Positions 47,529 to 59,286 of a stretch of DNA of 64,000 nt are shown here, piece after piece. The number at the start of each line of letters is the position of its first letter. The stretch's first letter is position 1. The DNA is taken from positions 168,394,001 through 168,458,000 of the forward strand of contig CM059425.1 in NCBI GenBank assembly GCA_030390025.1, read 5' to 3'. The position numbers and the translations under genes are program-made. The DNA comes from Squalus acanthias. Lineage: Eukaryota. The notes beneath the pieces are model-generated. The model searched no databases and was not told the DNA's origin. It worked only from the letters and a program-made list of their open reading frames with translations.

Positions 47529-48264
47529 GACTGTGAGCAAGTGGTGTGAGCAGAACCCTTTAAATGAGAAGCAAAGCGTTCTCCACTTGCAGCAACACTC
47601 ACTATCACCTCAGCAACTTTAAATAACTGTAGAAAGATCCAAATGGTTGCACAAACTTACACAGAGCTAGTAGAAATGAAAAAGCAAATCAGCTGCAAGT
47701 TGTTGATGATCCCTTTAAATAGCGCTGCTGGGGGGTCCTTCCTGCTGCTGAACGCACGGTCAGCTGGTCGTGATTAGGAGAGGGAGTTAAATGGAGCAGC
47801 AACGTCAAAAATGGCAGATTGTGCATTAAATTAGCATTGCACACTCATTGACATCACAATCTGTCTCCTCTAAACATCTGCAGCGAGCGCAGGCAATGGC
47901 AGCGTTGCCGACCTACCCAAAATGGCGGCCGCTGCGGACCCGCCAGAAGCGGGCGGAAGCGAGGCGGTCGCCATCCTTTCTTCCACACCAGCCTTAATGG
48001 CCAGCGCTAAAGACTCCAATTTCACGGCCTATATCTGCACACCCCTTGGCATCTCACAGTTTCCTTTTACCCTATTTTAAGCTTTAGAACTGCTGGTTAG
48101 CGACAAGCTGGAAGCACAAAATGTTTGTGCCCCCACCCTCTTGTAATATCATGAAGTTCCACCCAATTATATCATGGAAGAGACAACAAGACTATACTCC
48201 AGCATAAGTCATCATCTTCAGAATAGGTAAGGTAAGAAAAGACTATCAAAGGGAAATTGGATTA

Positions 48265-48560
48265 TGGTGCCTAAGTGGCACAATGAGTTGGCACTAGCCT
48301 TTCACCTCTGTGAACTGGGATCAAATCCAGCCTGTACTGAAGAAATCACAGTCTCCGCTTTTTCCTGGGGTTGTAAGAATTCTACGTGGAATTAACTTGC
48401 AGTCTCCACACAGTTCATAGTGCATATCAGACCACTGCATAAAAACTGGCCAGAATTTAGCCCAAATTGGCAATCTCACTCAGGACAACCATAAGACTAA
48501 CTGGTGCAAGAAATGGAAACATTTATACAATGTGGAAGAGCTTAGTATAGACTCTGAGCA
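48265..48560 (+). mobile_element. Old tRNA-derived SINE
   Basis: A-box-like gtggcacaatg and B-box-like ggatcaaatcc, around gcctttcacctct. Confidence 0.5.
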
Positions 48561-48619
48561 CTGAAATCCCTCACTTGGTAAATGCAGAAATATTGAACAA
48601 AAAAAACACACGCATTTCA

Positions 48620-49585
48620 AATTACATAGGATTACATACGGCACAGAAACAGGCCATTTGGCCCAACCAGTCCATGCCAGCGTTTATGCTCCACGTGAGC
48701 CTCCTCCCGTCTTTCCTCATCTAAATCTATCAGCATAACCCTCTCTTCCCTTTTCCCTCATATGCTTGTTTAGCCTCCCCTTAAATGCATTTATACTATT
48801 CGCTTCAACCACTCCCTGTGCTAGCGAGTTGCACGTTCTCACCACTCTTTGGGTAAAGAAGTTTCTTCTGAATTCCCTATTGGATTTCTTGGTGACTATC
48901 TTATATTGATGGCCTCTAGTTATGCTCTTCCCCACAAGTGGAAACATTCTCTCTGTATCCACTCTATCAACATTTTTCATAATTTTAAAGAAAAGAGACC
49001 CAGCCTGTTCATCCTTTCTTGATATTTATACCCTCGCATTTCTGGTATCATCCACGGCAAGAGAGCCCCAGGTGGGCAGAGGAAACGTTTCAAGGACACC
49101 CTCAAAGCCTCCTTGAAAAAGTGCAACATCCCCACTGACACCTGGAAATCCCTGGCCCAAGACTGCACAAAGTGGAGGAAAAGCATCCGGGAGTCTCTTC
49201 GCCGGGAGCAAGCGGAAGCCAAGCGCAAGGAGCGCACGTCAACCCAAGCACCCCACGCACCCGCCCCTTCAACCACCGTCTGCCCCACCTGTGACAGAGA
49301 CTGTAGGTCCCGCATTGGACTCATCAGTCACCTGAGAACTCATTTTTTTTAATGTGGAAGCAAGTCATCCTCGGTTCCGAGGGACTGCCTAAGAAGAAGA
49401 ATTATCCTTGTAAATCTTCTCTGCACCTCTATATTCTTTTTATAATATGGCGACCAGAACTGCACGCAGTACTCCAAGTGTGGTCTAACCAAGGTTCGAT
49501 ACAGGCTTAGCATAACTTCCCTACTTTCCAATTCTAGAAATAAACCCTAGTGCTTGGTTTGCTTTTTTTATGGCCTTGCTAACCT
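48620..49585 (-). mobile_element. CR1 LINE 3' fragment containing an RTE insertion
   Basis: [19 protein letters not shown] and TRGHQYKI..RRNFFTQRVV. Confidence 0.88.
49054..49400 (+). mobile_element. RTE-clade LINE 3' end
   Basis: GGQRKRFKDTLKASLKKCNI...CPTCDRDCRSRIGLISHLRTH; (aag)n tail; flanking duplication atcatcc / attatcc. Confidence 0.88.
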
Positions 49586-50472
49586 ACATCGGAACTAAAT
49601 TTGCAAATTAAATATTTGCACATTTCAAATATAATTAGCACTTAAAAAACTAAAGTAATGTTTACAGTTACTAAACAACTACCAGTCCATGGCACCATAC
49701 TGCGTTCAAATTTCAGTAATATGGTTAGCAAGTGAGACTACAATATTAATTATCCACATTAAAAAAAGAACAATTTTCTGGACTTCACACATCTTCAATT
49801 GCATTTTACAAATTACAAACATTTTTTCTGATAATATTATTTTAGAACATCCTACAAATTCTATTGTTTTAATATTTTTTTAAAAAGGATCATTTATTTC
49901 TGCCTCAAACAAAGGCAAACTCAACTGTAAGCTTTCTATTTTTCCAACTTATTGTGTAAGAATGGCATAACTGGGTCAACACTTGATGATTGGTTCAAAA
50001 TTTCAGTCCATTAAATAGAATGTAAGATACTCAGCTAACTGTCATTTGTAGTTTTTCATTCTGTGCTATCCATTTCAAAACATACTTCCTGTCAGCTGAG
50101 CGTAGGGTGACTGATATTATCAGTCACAGAGAAGTCTTTGTATTCTGACTTCTCAACTACACCTTGTTTGGATGAATCTGTTGGTAGGGTTAGGGTGGGT
50201 GTATCTACGAACAATGCTGGATGGGAAAAGCCCTTCTGGTCCATCCAGCCTGTCCCACACAATTGTGATACCTGTGTATCACAATATATACTCTCTACCC
50301 CACCCAAAACCATGTGATCTCCTGGGAGAGGCGATAAAAATCCAAGCAATTTGGGACAAACAAAATGTGGGAGATTCTTCTCCGACCGTCCGCTCTCCCC
50401 CAGGCGATCAAAACTAATCTAGGAGATCAATCCGACCCTGATAATTCTATTCAGTACCTACCTTTAGTAGCC

Positions 50473-50600
50473 ATGATGCGGAGATGCCGGTGTTGGACTG
50501 GGGTGGACAAAAGTGAGAAGTCGCACAACACCAGGTTATAGTCCAACAGCTTTATTTGAAATCACAAGCTTTCGGAGCGCTGCTCCTTCGTCAGGTGAAG
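50473..50600 (-). mobile_element. Penelope-like terminal fragment inserted in a CR1-type 3' fragment (about 50200-50880)
   Basis: Same sequence as 1567-1650, plus a hammerhead motif. Confidence 0.7.
50562..50598 (-). ncRNA. Minimal hammerhead ribozyme motif (intact)
   Basis: Minus strand reads TCAC-CTGACGA-A-GGAGC agc GCTCC-GAAA-GC-TT-GTGA. Perfect stems I and II; palindromic stem III (AGCT). Confidence 0.8.
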
Positions 50601-50879
50601 CAGTGATCTCTGCCCCAGCCAGAAACAAGTCCAGCTCTCGCTTGAAGGAATTCAGCGAACTGGGGTCCACCACATGAGACGGCAGCCTGTTTCAGAGGTC
50701 CACTATTCTCTGGGAAAAGAACTACCTTCTGACATCTAACATGGATCTGGCCTTTTACAACTTAAAAATGTGACCCCTGGTCCTCCCGAACCTATTTAAT
50801 TGGGACAAACTGTCAACTCGAACACAATCTACTCTCTTCATCATCTCATAAATCTCGATCAGATCACAGCTAAGTCTAT

Positions 50880-52079
50880 GGGCTAAAAATTGGATATAGC
50901 CAAGAAAGTGGCAGTGTTAAGTCTAAATGAGGTTAAGCAGCGCCACCTGAAAATGGTCTAGTTACGATGCAAAATTCGTCCTCACTCTTCATTAACATGA
51001 TTGTAGTCATGATTTCAGTGCTAAAACTGCTGCTCATTGGCGTTTCACAGAACAGGTGGACCAATATCGGGGACGGTCTAATTCAGTCATGATTGCCACA
51101 GGCTTTTTCCACTATTTAAAGGGAAGGTGCAGTAATACTGCAGCACCTCATTGTCAGGCTGCCCAGCTAACCCAAGAGTGCAGTGAAGAGGTGGCTGGAG
51201 AAGCAACACTTACAAGTAATGATGGCAGAACATAGATGGAGGGAGAGAACCCGTGGGTTCTCCAAAGAAGCTCTCGTGGCTTTGGTCTCCATGGTGGAGA
51301 GGAGGCAGGTGGTGCTATACCACAAACTGGCAGGAGGCCCTCGCCACACACATCCAAGATCATGTGATGTGAGATAGCGGACCATGTCACAGTCATCACT
51401 GTTGTTCCCAGGACCCACACCCAGTGCAGGAAGAAGTTTAATGACCTCACACAGGTGTTCAGGGTGAGTGAAGGCTTCAGCAAATGCCACATACCACCAT
51501 CTGCATCACAAGCTTCACACACTGCTCCTTGAACCACACCCCCAGTATTCACAAAGCAACAATCTCCACCTATCAACACTCACACCTTGCACACAATGAC
51601 AGCTATTCAACTATGGCAGGCACATCACCCAAACACATTGCACTAAACTCACTCAACACTTCTCTTTCTCTTGCAGGCCAAGGTCGCACAAATCCACCAG
51701 GAGCAGGAGTAGACAGGAGGGGAACTAGCTGACCTTTAACACCTAAGCCAGCTTAAGGACCGAGTGCTTGAGATCATTGGGCGCCATATGGTAGAGACCC
51801 TGGCTACTGGTGAGGTTTGACCCTTTGGGGTCAACAACAATATGGTCATTCCTAATCCTTCTTCTCACATCCCACTTCCCCCCCGCCCCACCCCCCCGCC
51901 AGCCCACAATTTTTTCTCACTTTCAAGCTATTCATGCTATATGCATGCACTTCTGGCTTCCCCACCCACCCCCCGACCGCATGCCCCACCCTCACCATAA
52001 TCCATCTCTTGTGTCTTTGTACTTTCAGATAATCAACAAGCAGCCAAGCAGAAAAAACACACAAAAAACAGACACTAAG
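50880..52079 (+). mobile_element. Harbinger remnant with Myb/SANT exons 1-2
   Basis: Left end gggctaaaaattgg; MAEHRWRERTRGFSKEALVALV...QCRKKFNDLTQVFR|gtgagt; cag|AKVAQ; followed by another element starting gggcagaattttc at about 52080. Confidence 0.78.
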
Positions 52080-52364
52080 GGCAGAATTTTCATTGACCCG
52101 TGGAGGTGGGTTTGGAGGCGTGTGGGGGGTTAAAATTGTGAAAACTGGCGGGCGGGCACAAGCCCGCCTCCACGCAATTTTCATTAAATCGTGTCTGCTG
52201 GTCCCGACTCCGTCCCGCCTCCAAGAGGCGGGATAGGCTGTTAAGGCCCTTAACAAGCACTAAATTGCCTCTATAATGCCATTTTGAAAGGCCTTTGTGA
52301 TTTTAACCCTTTTTCCACGTGAAGCACACCTGTTCTGAACCATGAATGTGAAACCTGGCGGTAG

Positions 52365-53015
52365 CACAAACTCCCTCAGCAGAACCTCATTCCTAGTTCT
52401 ACCTATATTGTTGGTTCCTACATGGACCACGACAACTGGATCCTCCCCCTCCCACTCCAAGTTCTCCTCCAGTCGCGAGGAGACGTTTTTAACCTTGGCA
52501 TCAGGCAGGCAACACAACCTTCGGAACTCTCAGTCACAGCTGCAGAGAACAGTATCTATCCCCCTGACGATACTGTCCCCTACCACAACTACATTCCCTT
52601 TCACTCCCCGCACTTGAATGGCCTCCTGCACCATGGTGCCATGGTCAGCTTGCTCATCCATCCTGCAGGCACTTACTGCAAACGTGGTTGTCCGGGATCA
52701 CAATGCGCTCCACAAACTCCCACATGCTGCATTTGCGGCACACCACCTGCACTGCCATCCCTATATGACCTTGTTTTATTTAATTAAATTTGTAATTAGG
52801 TAACTTTGCTTACAGTGTAGTTTCTTGACTACTTACTTTATCTAGATTAAGTTATGGGTACTGAAATTAAATATCTACCTGTAACACAAAGCACTACAAG
52901 TAGTGTAGGCAAAAAGCAGCAACTCCTTCCCCCTCTTCTCCGAATTCCCACTCTTTCCAAATTCCCACATAAAACACACAGTTTAAGTGCACTCCGTTTT
53001 AATCCTGCTCTGTGC
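52365..53015 (-). mobile_element. CR1 5' UTR/ORF1 fragment with internal deletions
   Basis: Close homolog of 43950-44885 (VVVHVGTNNIG). Confidence 0.88.
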
Positions 53016-53137
53016 TCTACAGACCTGTTTACCTGTATAGCAAAATTGTAGTCTACACAAAGTGCATTGATAATTCAGACTGTGACATTCACAGTGCTAA
53101 CACAGTACTCCATTGGCTGCTACTGGTCTGGAAGCAT

Positions 53138-54572
53138 TCAACAACAGCAAAGTGTATTTATATAGTGCCTTTAATGTAGGATCATTTCCCAAAATGCTTC
53201 ACAGATGTGTAATCAGGCAAAAATGGATGCCATGCCAAAGAAGGAGATATCTTTATCAAAAAGGTGGGTTTTAAGTAGGGTCTTGAAGGAAAAGAGAAGT
53301 GGAAAGGCAGGTTTAGGGAGGGAATTCCAGATTGGCCTCGATGGCTAAAGGCAGACTGGCAATGGTGGGATGAAGAATGGGGGATGCACAAGAGGCCAGA
53401 GTTAGGGGAAACACGGGGTGGGGAAAGGATAGTGAAATCTACATTAATGCAATATATTCAATTGCATTCAGTTTCATTTTAGCATTGCAAGGAATTACGC
53501 CTAGCAATGTTGTCAATTCTAATTTACTGGTAATCCTAATGTCTGCAAAATTTGTTAAGATTAAAATAAACATCCAGAGGATTTCTACCTCCATGGAGGA
53601 GTCTGAACAGCTACTGTGGCATTTTTAGGATTCCCAATGTATTTTTCCATCTATGTATCATTTTCTAGGTTAGAGAGATTGAGCTCCTGGCAATGCTGAT
53701 AGGGAGGTGTGGCCATTCCTTCCAACAGTGTAATCTTTGCACATATAATGAATCAGGTTGAGGCCACCTGGTACAGAAGTACACAGTGCTCTTAAAGGAT
53801 TACTATGACTGGCAATGATACAGCTGCATCATTCCTCAAATAAGGAATATAAAAGCAACAACAACAATTTGTATTTATATAGGGCTGGAGGAGATTACAG
53901 AGATGGGGAAGGGTGAGGCCATGAAAACAAGGATGCAAATTTTAAATTTGATGTGTTGGTGGTCCCTGCCTCAGCTCATCTGCTGCTGAAACCCTCATCC
54001 ATGCCTTTGTTACCTCTAAACTTGACTTGTCCAATGCTCTCCTGGCCAGCCTCCCATCTTCTACCCTCCGTAAACTTAAGCTCATCCAAAACTCTGCTAC
54101 CCGTATCCTAACTCGCACCAAGTCCCGTTCGCCAATCACCCCTGTGCTTGCTGACCCTGTTAAGCAACACCCCAATTTCAAAATTCTCATCCTTGTTTTC
54201 AAATTCCTCCATGGCTTTGCCCCTCCCTATTTCTGTAACCTCCTCCAGCCCTGCAACCCTCCCAGATATCTCTGCTTCTCCAATTCTGGCCTCTTGCACA
54301 TCCTCGATTTTAATCGCTCAAACATCGGTGGCTGTGCCTTCAACTGCCGAGGCCCTAAGCTCTGGAATTCCCTCCTTAAACCTCTCCGCCTCTCTACCTC
54401 TCTTTCCTCCTTTAAGACGCTCCTTAAAACCTACCTCTTTGACCAGTCATCTGTCCTACTATCGCCTTAGGTGACTCGGTGTCATATTTTGTTTGATAAC
54501 GCACCAGTGAAGCGCTTTGGGACGTTTTACTACGTTAAAGGCGCTATATAATTGCAAGTTGCTGTTGTTGTT
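53138..54572. mobile_element. L2 3' fragments (53138-53420 minus, 53855-53945 minus, 53960-54572 plus)
   Basis: SNALLASLP...LWNSL...FKTLLKTYLF and (aac)/(gtt) tails. Confidence 0.82.
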
Positions 54573-55269
54573 GATCCAATGTAAGTCTGAGCACAGGGGT
54601 GATGGGTGAGCAGGACTTGGTGTATTCAGTAATGTCATTAAATGCACAGCAGCTAACAATAGAGTCATAGTGATAACTGCACAGAAGGAGGCCATTCGGC
54701 CCATCGAGTCCATAGTTGCAGATGAGGAAAGAAAGAGACAAATTATCATAGAATAATAAATTATTACAGCACAGAAACTGACCTTTTGGTCCATGAAGTC
54801 TGCAGTAACATGAGCCATATAAGCCATCTTGTGTAATCCCAACTTCTTGTTTGTTCTACATACTCTTTAATAATCCTTTTTCTCAACAACTGTTTGCAGC
54901 AGAAAATTCCATATTCTAAATTCAAATTATCCAGATGGATTTTTTCAGCCCTTAATCCCTAATACAACACTAAGTGGTGATTTCTAACCAGAGATGCACA
55001 CAAAATAAATTATCTCTGAAACACATTAGCACTTTCTTGTCTAGAGTAGTGGCAGTTGCTGATTTTCAGTTTGGTGAAGAAATGGTTAAGTTAAGTAAGA
55101 GAGGAAAAATATTACTGCAAGCACTGGTGATAGCTAAGGAACAGTACACAACTCAAAAAATCAAGCTGGGTAAAATAAGAGAGATTGGTCACCTACAGGG
55201 AAAAATATATGGTTTACAGAAGTTTATTTATCTTTACAATATATTTGGGGAAAAAAAACTGTGGCATTA

Positions 55270-55510
55270 ATTCAGAAGAAACTTCTTTACCCAGAGAGTG
55301 GTTAGAATGTGGAACTCGCTACCACAGGGAGTGGTTGAAGCGAATAGTATAGCTGCATTTAAGAGGAGGCTAGACAAGCATATGAGGGAAAAGGGAATAG
55401 AGGGTTATGCTGATAGTTAGATGAGGAAAGATGGGAGGAGGCTCGTGTGGAGCATAAACACTGGCATGGTTGGGCTGAATGGCCTGTTTCTGTGCTCTAT
55501 ATCCTATGTA
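55270..55510 (+). mobile_element. CR1 3' end
   Basis: RRNFFTQRVVRMWNSLP; homologous to 48620-48875. Confidence 0.85.
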
Positions 55511-55854
55511 ATAAAGCTCATAAAATGAATGATTCTGCAAGTTTTGGTTAACAAATGTTTCACTAAATACAAGCCATATATCTCTCTGTTACATTCTTCT
55601 GAAAATTTGCAAACATTACGCAGTTTTGCTGTCTTTGTTCAAAGTCACAATGACTGTTTTACATTATTGTAGCTATGGTATGGTTCCAACAGCAGAAAGG
55701 AAATATAAATAATATGATGTAACTTTGAGCATATTTAAATACTGAAAGAAGCATCTTCAGTCACACAGCTTGGGAATGACTAATCCACCATGGTGGAAAT
55801 GACATCACTCCTTCCCTTCCACCCCATGCTCCCCAAAGACTTCTGTAACATGAT

Positions 55855-58030
55855 AGCCCCCATTTTAACTGGGGGCGGGAATCGGGCTGGGGCTGAGGCA
55901 GGGAGCAAACCATCATGACCTCATCAACCTGAGGCCTCCTCCTGCTCCTCCTGGCCCCACAAGGAAAGTTTAAATAAAAAGAAAAAATACTTAATGTTTT
56001 GGGCCTCTTCTGGCCCTGACTACTCTTCCCACTAGGTTGGCCTGGTGGGAAAGCCACAGTTGAGGCCTTGGTGCCAGTCTTGGGTTCTTTCATAAATGCT
56101 CAGACTGCTGCAATACAGGCCCACAGCTGCAGTGTGGCAGTGACAGGCTCACAGAAGAGGGAACTGAAACAAGGAGGGAAATAGTGTCCATCATGCACCC
56201 TGTCAGTCCTGACATTGGATCTGACAACTCTCAAACCTGCAGGCAGAGTGGCAGAAAGGCTGGAAGGGGAAGGTTGAAATATACTGTGGATTTTGCTGCT
56301 CTCTCCAGAAGGCTCCACTTTCATTGGTATCAGTCTGCCCCCATCGACTACACAGGACCCTGAAAGTAGGAAGATCCAGGCCATCCCTGCAGCAGCAGAT
56401 ATGCTGCAGCCTGAAGCTGACCCATCTGGTGTGCAAACTTGCAGAGATCAAGAGCTATCTTGGGACCTAGGACCTCAGTGATACACACGCTCCTATCCTC
56501 CTGCACTGTTACTGTCTCATAGGAGCCATTTAGATGAAGCACAAGATGAGCCAACTGTGCACAAAGGTAGCCACTGTTAGAAAGGAGAAGTGCCATGGTA
56601 GAAAGAATTAGGTTGACAATCGCAATTAGATGTTTATGCAATAAATGCATTTGCTGCAGGCAAAGTCCTCTTGATGTTACTAGGTGTAGCGCTTTTTGTA
56701 GCAGGTTAGATAATGACAAGAGTGACTTTGGAAGGATTCAGAGTAGGTTTTCCAGGGATGTCTATAGCGCAGAGGAAGGGCAAAAGGTAGGGATGGAAAT
56801 AAGGACCGTACTGAATGACATGATCAGGAGAAGGTTTTCAGGATGAGTGTTCTCCAGATGCTTCAGTCAGTAGCAGCCTGACTGTCCTGCTGTATGTGTA
56901 GAGCCTTGCCTTTCTCATCTGCTGAATCCTCCTTCTCCTCTGCATGCTTCACTTCTTGCTCCTCCAGGTGGGTATCCCTGTCAATGGTCAGGTATGGAGC
57001 ACACATTATGATCCTTGAGATCTTTCCTCGATTTATATTGCAGGATATCCCTAGAACAATCCAGGCATCAGAATGTTCCATTCAAAATGCCAATGGTGCT
57101 CTCAATGGTCATTTTAGTGGAAGCATAGGCTTCATTGTATCTCCGCTCCACATCATTAGATGGAGCCCACAGGAGTGTCATTAACATAGCAACAGTGGTA
57201 GCCAGGGCCCTCTAGCAGCCTGCCATTCAGTCCTTACCTTTTTTCAAACAAGGGTGGAATGATGGATTGTCTTTGGATGAAGGCATTGTGCAAGCTGCCA
57301 GGAAATCTAGCATTCACCTACATAACCTTGTGTCTGTTATTGTATACTAGCTTGACATTAATGGAGTAGAACTCATTTATGTAAGAGGCGCTCCTCTCTG
57401 CAGGAGTCTACAAGCCCACATGGGTCTTGTCAATCATGTCCTGCATTCTAGTCAAGCCAACACGTTGGGATGCTCCTTGGCATCAATGGAGAACATGATG
57501 TACTGATTTGCCTTGGCAAACAAGGTATCCATGCAACTATGCACTACAAACTGGCTTATGTAAGTTACATTCCCAATGGCATAGCAATTGAGTGCCATGG
57601 TGATCTTCACTGGCACAGAGTGCCGTGAAGACTGGGGACCATGATTCAAGGTCCTCTCCCAGCAGGTGACCCAACTCTCTGACAACCTCCCTATTAAACC
57701 TGTGCCTCCAGAATCATCTCTTCCCATAAGCTCCACAATGTCCATTAGGGTCTATAAACCCAATCGACTGGGTACCTCCGAGTTAATGTTCTCCTCCTTT
57801 GATGCTGCCTTACTGCTCCAGCATCCAAAAAAAACTTCATGCTAATCTCCTTCTCCAGATAACACAAGCATATAGATATTCTAAAGTGAACCCCAATTAA
57901 GCCTCTTTGCCAGTTGTCCTCACTGCAGGCTGACAAAGGCCTATTTTCATCACCAGTGAAGCAGGGAAATTGGATGGAGAAGCCGACAGCAGGATCCCCA
58001 ATTCTGAAAATGCAATTGGAAATTTTTCTC
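55855..58030. mobile_element. Old, highly degenerate Harbinger; transposase remnant on minus at about 56790-57800
   Basis: VPVKITMALNCYAIG, ISQFVVHSC, IDKTHV and VNARFPGSLHNAFI; right end ggaaatttttctcc. Confidence 0.7.
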
Positions 58031-58339
58031 CACCCCTCAAGCAGGGATCTCAACCATCTGCCCCTTGACCACCTATTTGCATTTAAATAAAAGCCGGGAG
58101 CAGGGCTAGGGAACCTGCCTTCCCACCACTGTACTGCTGACCCCAAGTAAGGGCAGAATAGAGTATGTGAAACTTGCACAAGGAGTGATGAGAAGATCAC
58201 TTAATGCGCTGAAGTAGGAAGAGGATCTGCCTTTGGCCGCCTTTTTTTCTCCGAAGCAATTCACATGCCAGCTGCCTTAACGTGGGCACCCACCAAGCCA
58301 TTTCAGCCAAACTTTTTTATTATCTTGAGGGGCTTGTGC

Positions 58340-58650
58340 TTCTTTAACTTGAGCTCTTGTCCTTTTAAAGGGGAGGAAGAGGAGTAAAACAGATTGTGTG
58401 AAAAGGCCCTTGGGGGATGGGAATGGGAGGAGTGGATGAGGATTAAAGGTGAGGTGAATGACAGCAGAGCAAAGGGGAGGGAAGATACAGGGGTTGCGTG
58501 GATACTTCAAAGGGAAAGGTAGCGAGGGAGAGACGGGTCAGCAGGAAGGGGAATGGGTAGTGGGAAGGTGAAGGGGTAGGTGACATGGTGGGAGGGAGGA
58601 GGTGGGGAAGCACCAGTATTTGGGGGAGGAGAGGGGAAGAGAACTGCTGA
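58340..58650. repeat. Purine-rich (GGA/GGGA) low-complexity tract
   Basis: Strong G/A strand bias. Confidence 0.55.
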
Positions 58651-58994
58651 AAGCTATATTTCCCCCCCAACCCCAACTGAAAAGGAGCCACCAGTGAAAT
58701 TTCAATAAACTAAGGCCCCCAAATAGTGCGGCCATTCCAGCAGACTTCTGCTGCAGGTCTGGCAGGGTCGAGAAAACCAAGGCAAAATACTCATTTAGTA
58801 CTCTGCCATTTCTTCATTCTCCATACGATTTCCTTTTTCATTTTTTTCCCAAATTCGAGTCTTCCATAGATACACAGATTCAGTGGCTTCAGTCAAACTG
58901 CAGTGTGTCTGGGCACCGACTCAGGAAAATATTCTCCATTATATCATACCCCATAGCAATTTTTGCCTCTACTTCACCAGTTTTATTCACAATA

Positions 58995-59286
58995 CTTTGT
59001 ACATTGACAACTCAAACCTCCTTTTGACTATTTTGTTGTTGTTTGGCGAACCGATCTCTATCTTGCAGAGGGGGAACGCCAACTCTCTGACACCTCCTCC
59101 TAACTCCCTCTGGACCATGACTTCACTGCCGAACATCAAGCTATCATTTCCCAGACTGTCACTGACCTCATCTCCTCTGGAGATCTTCCCTCCACACCCT
59201 CCAACGTCATAGTCTCCCAACCCCCCACAGCCCACTTCTACCTCCTTCCCAAGATCCACAAACAGGACTGTCCTTGTAGAACCATT
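58995..59286 (+). mobile_element. Penelope-like RT N-terminal fragment
   Basis: PPTAHFYLLPKIHKQDCPCRP motif. Confidence 0.75.

Larger units (their letters stand above)
36125..48029. mobile_element. Decayed two-gene PIF/Harbinger transposon (about 4 kb net), expanded by nested insertions
   Basis: GGCC-terminated ends (flanks TGT/TAT); Myb/SANT gene on plus and DDE transposase on minus, convergent. Confidence 0.85.

Noticed and set aside
50086..50177. Possible extra SLCO4C1 exon (ccaacag|ATTC...GGAA|gtatgt)
   Set aside because: 92 bp with an in-frame stop in the phase-compatible frame, no OATP similarity, and a weak acceptor beside repeat sequence.
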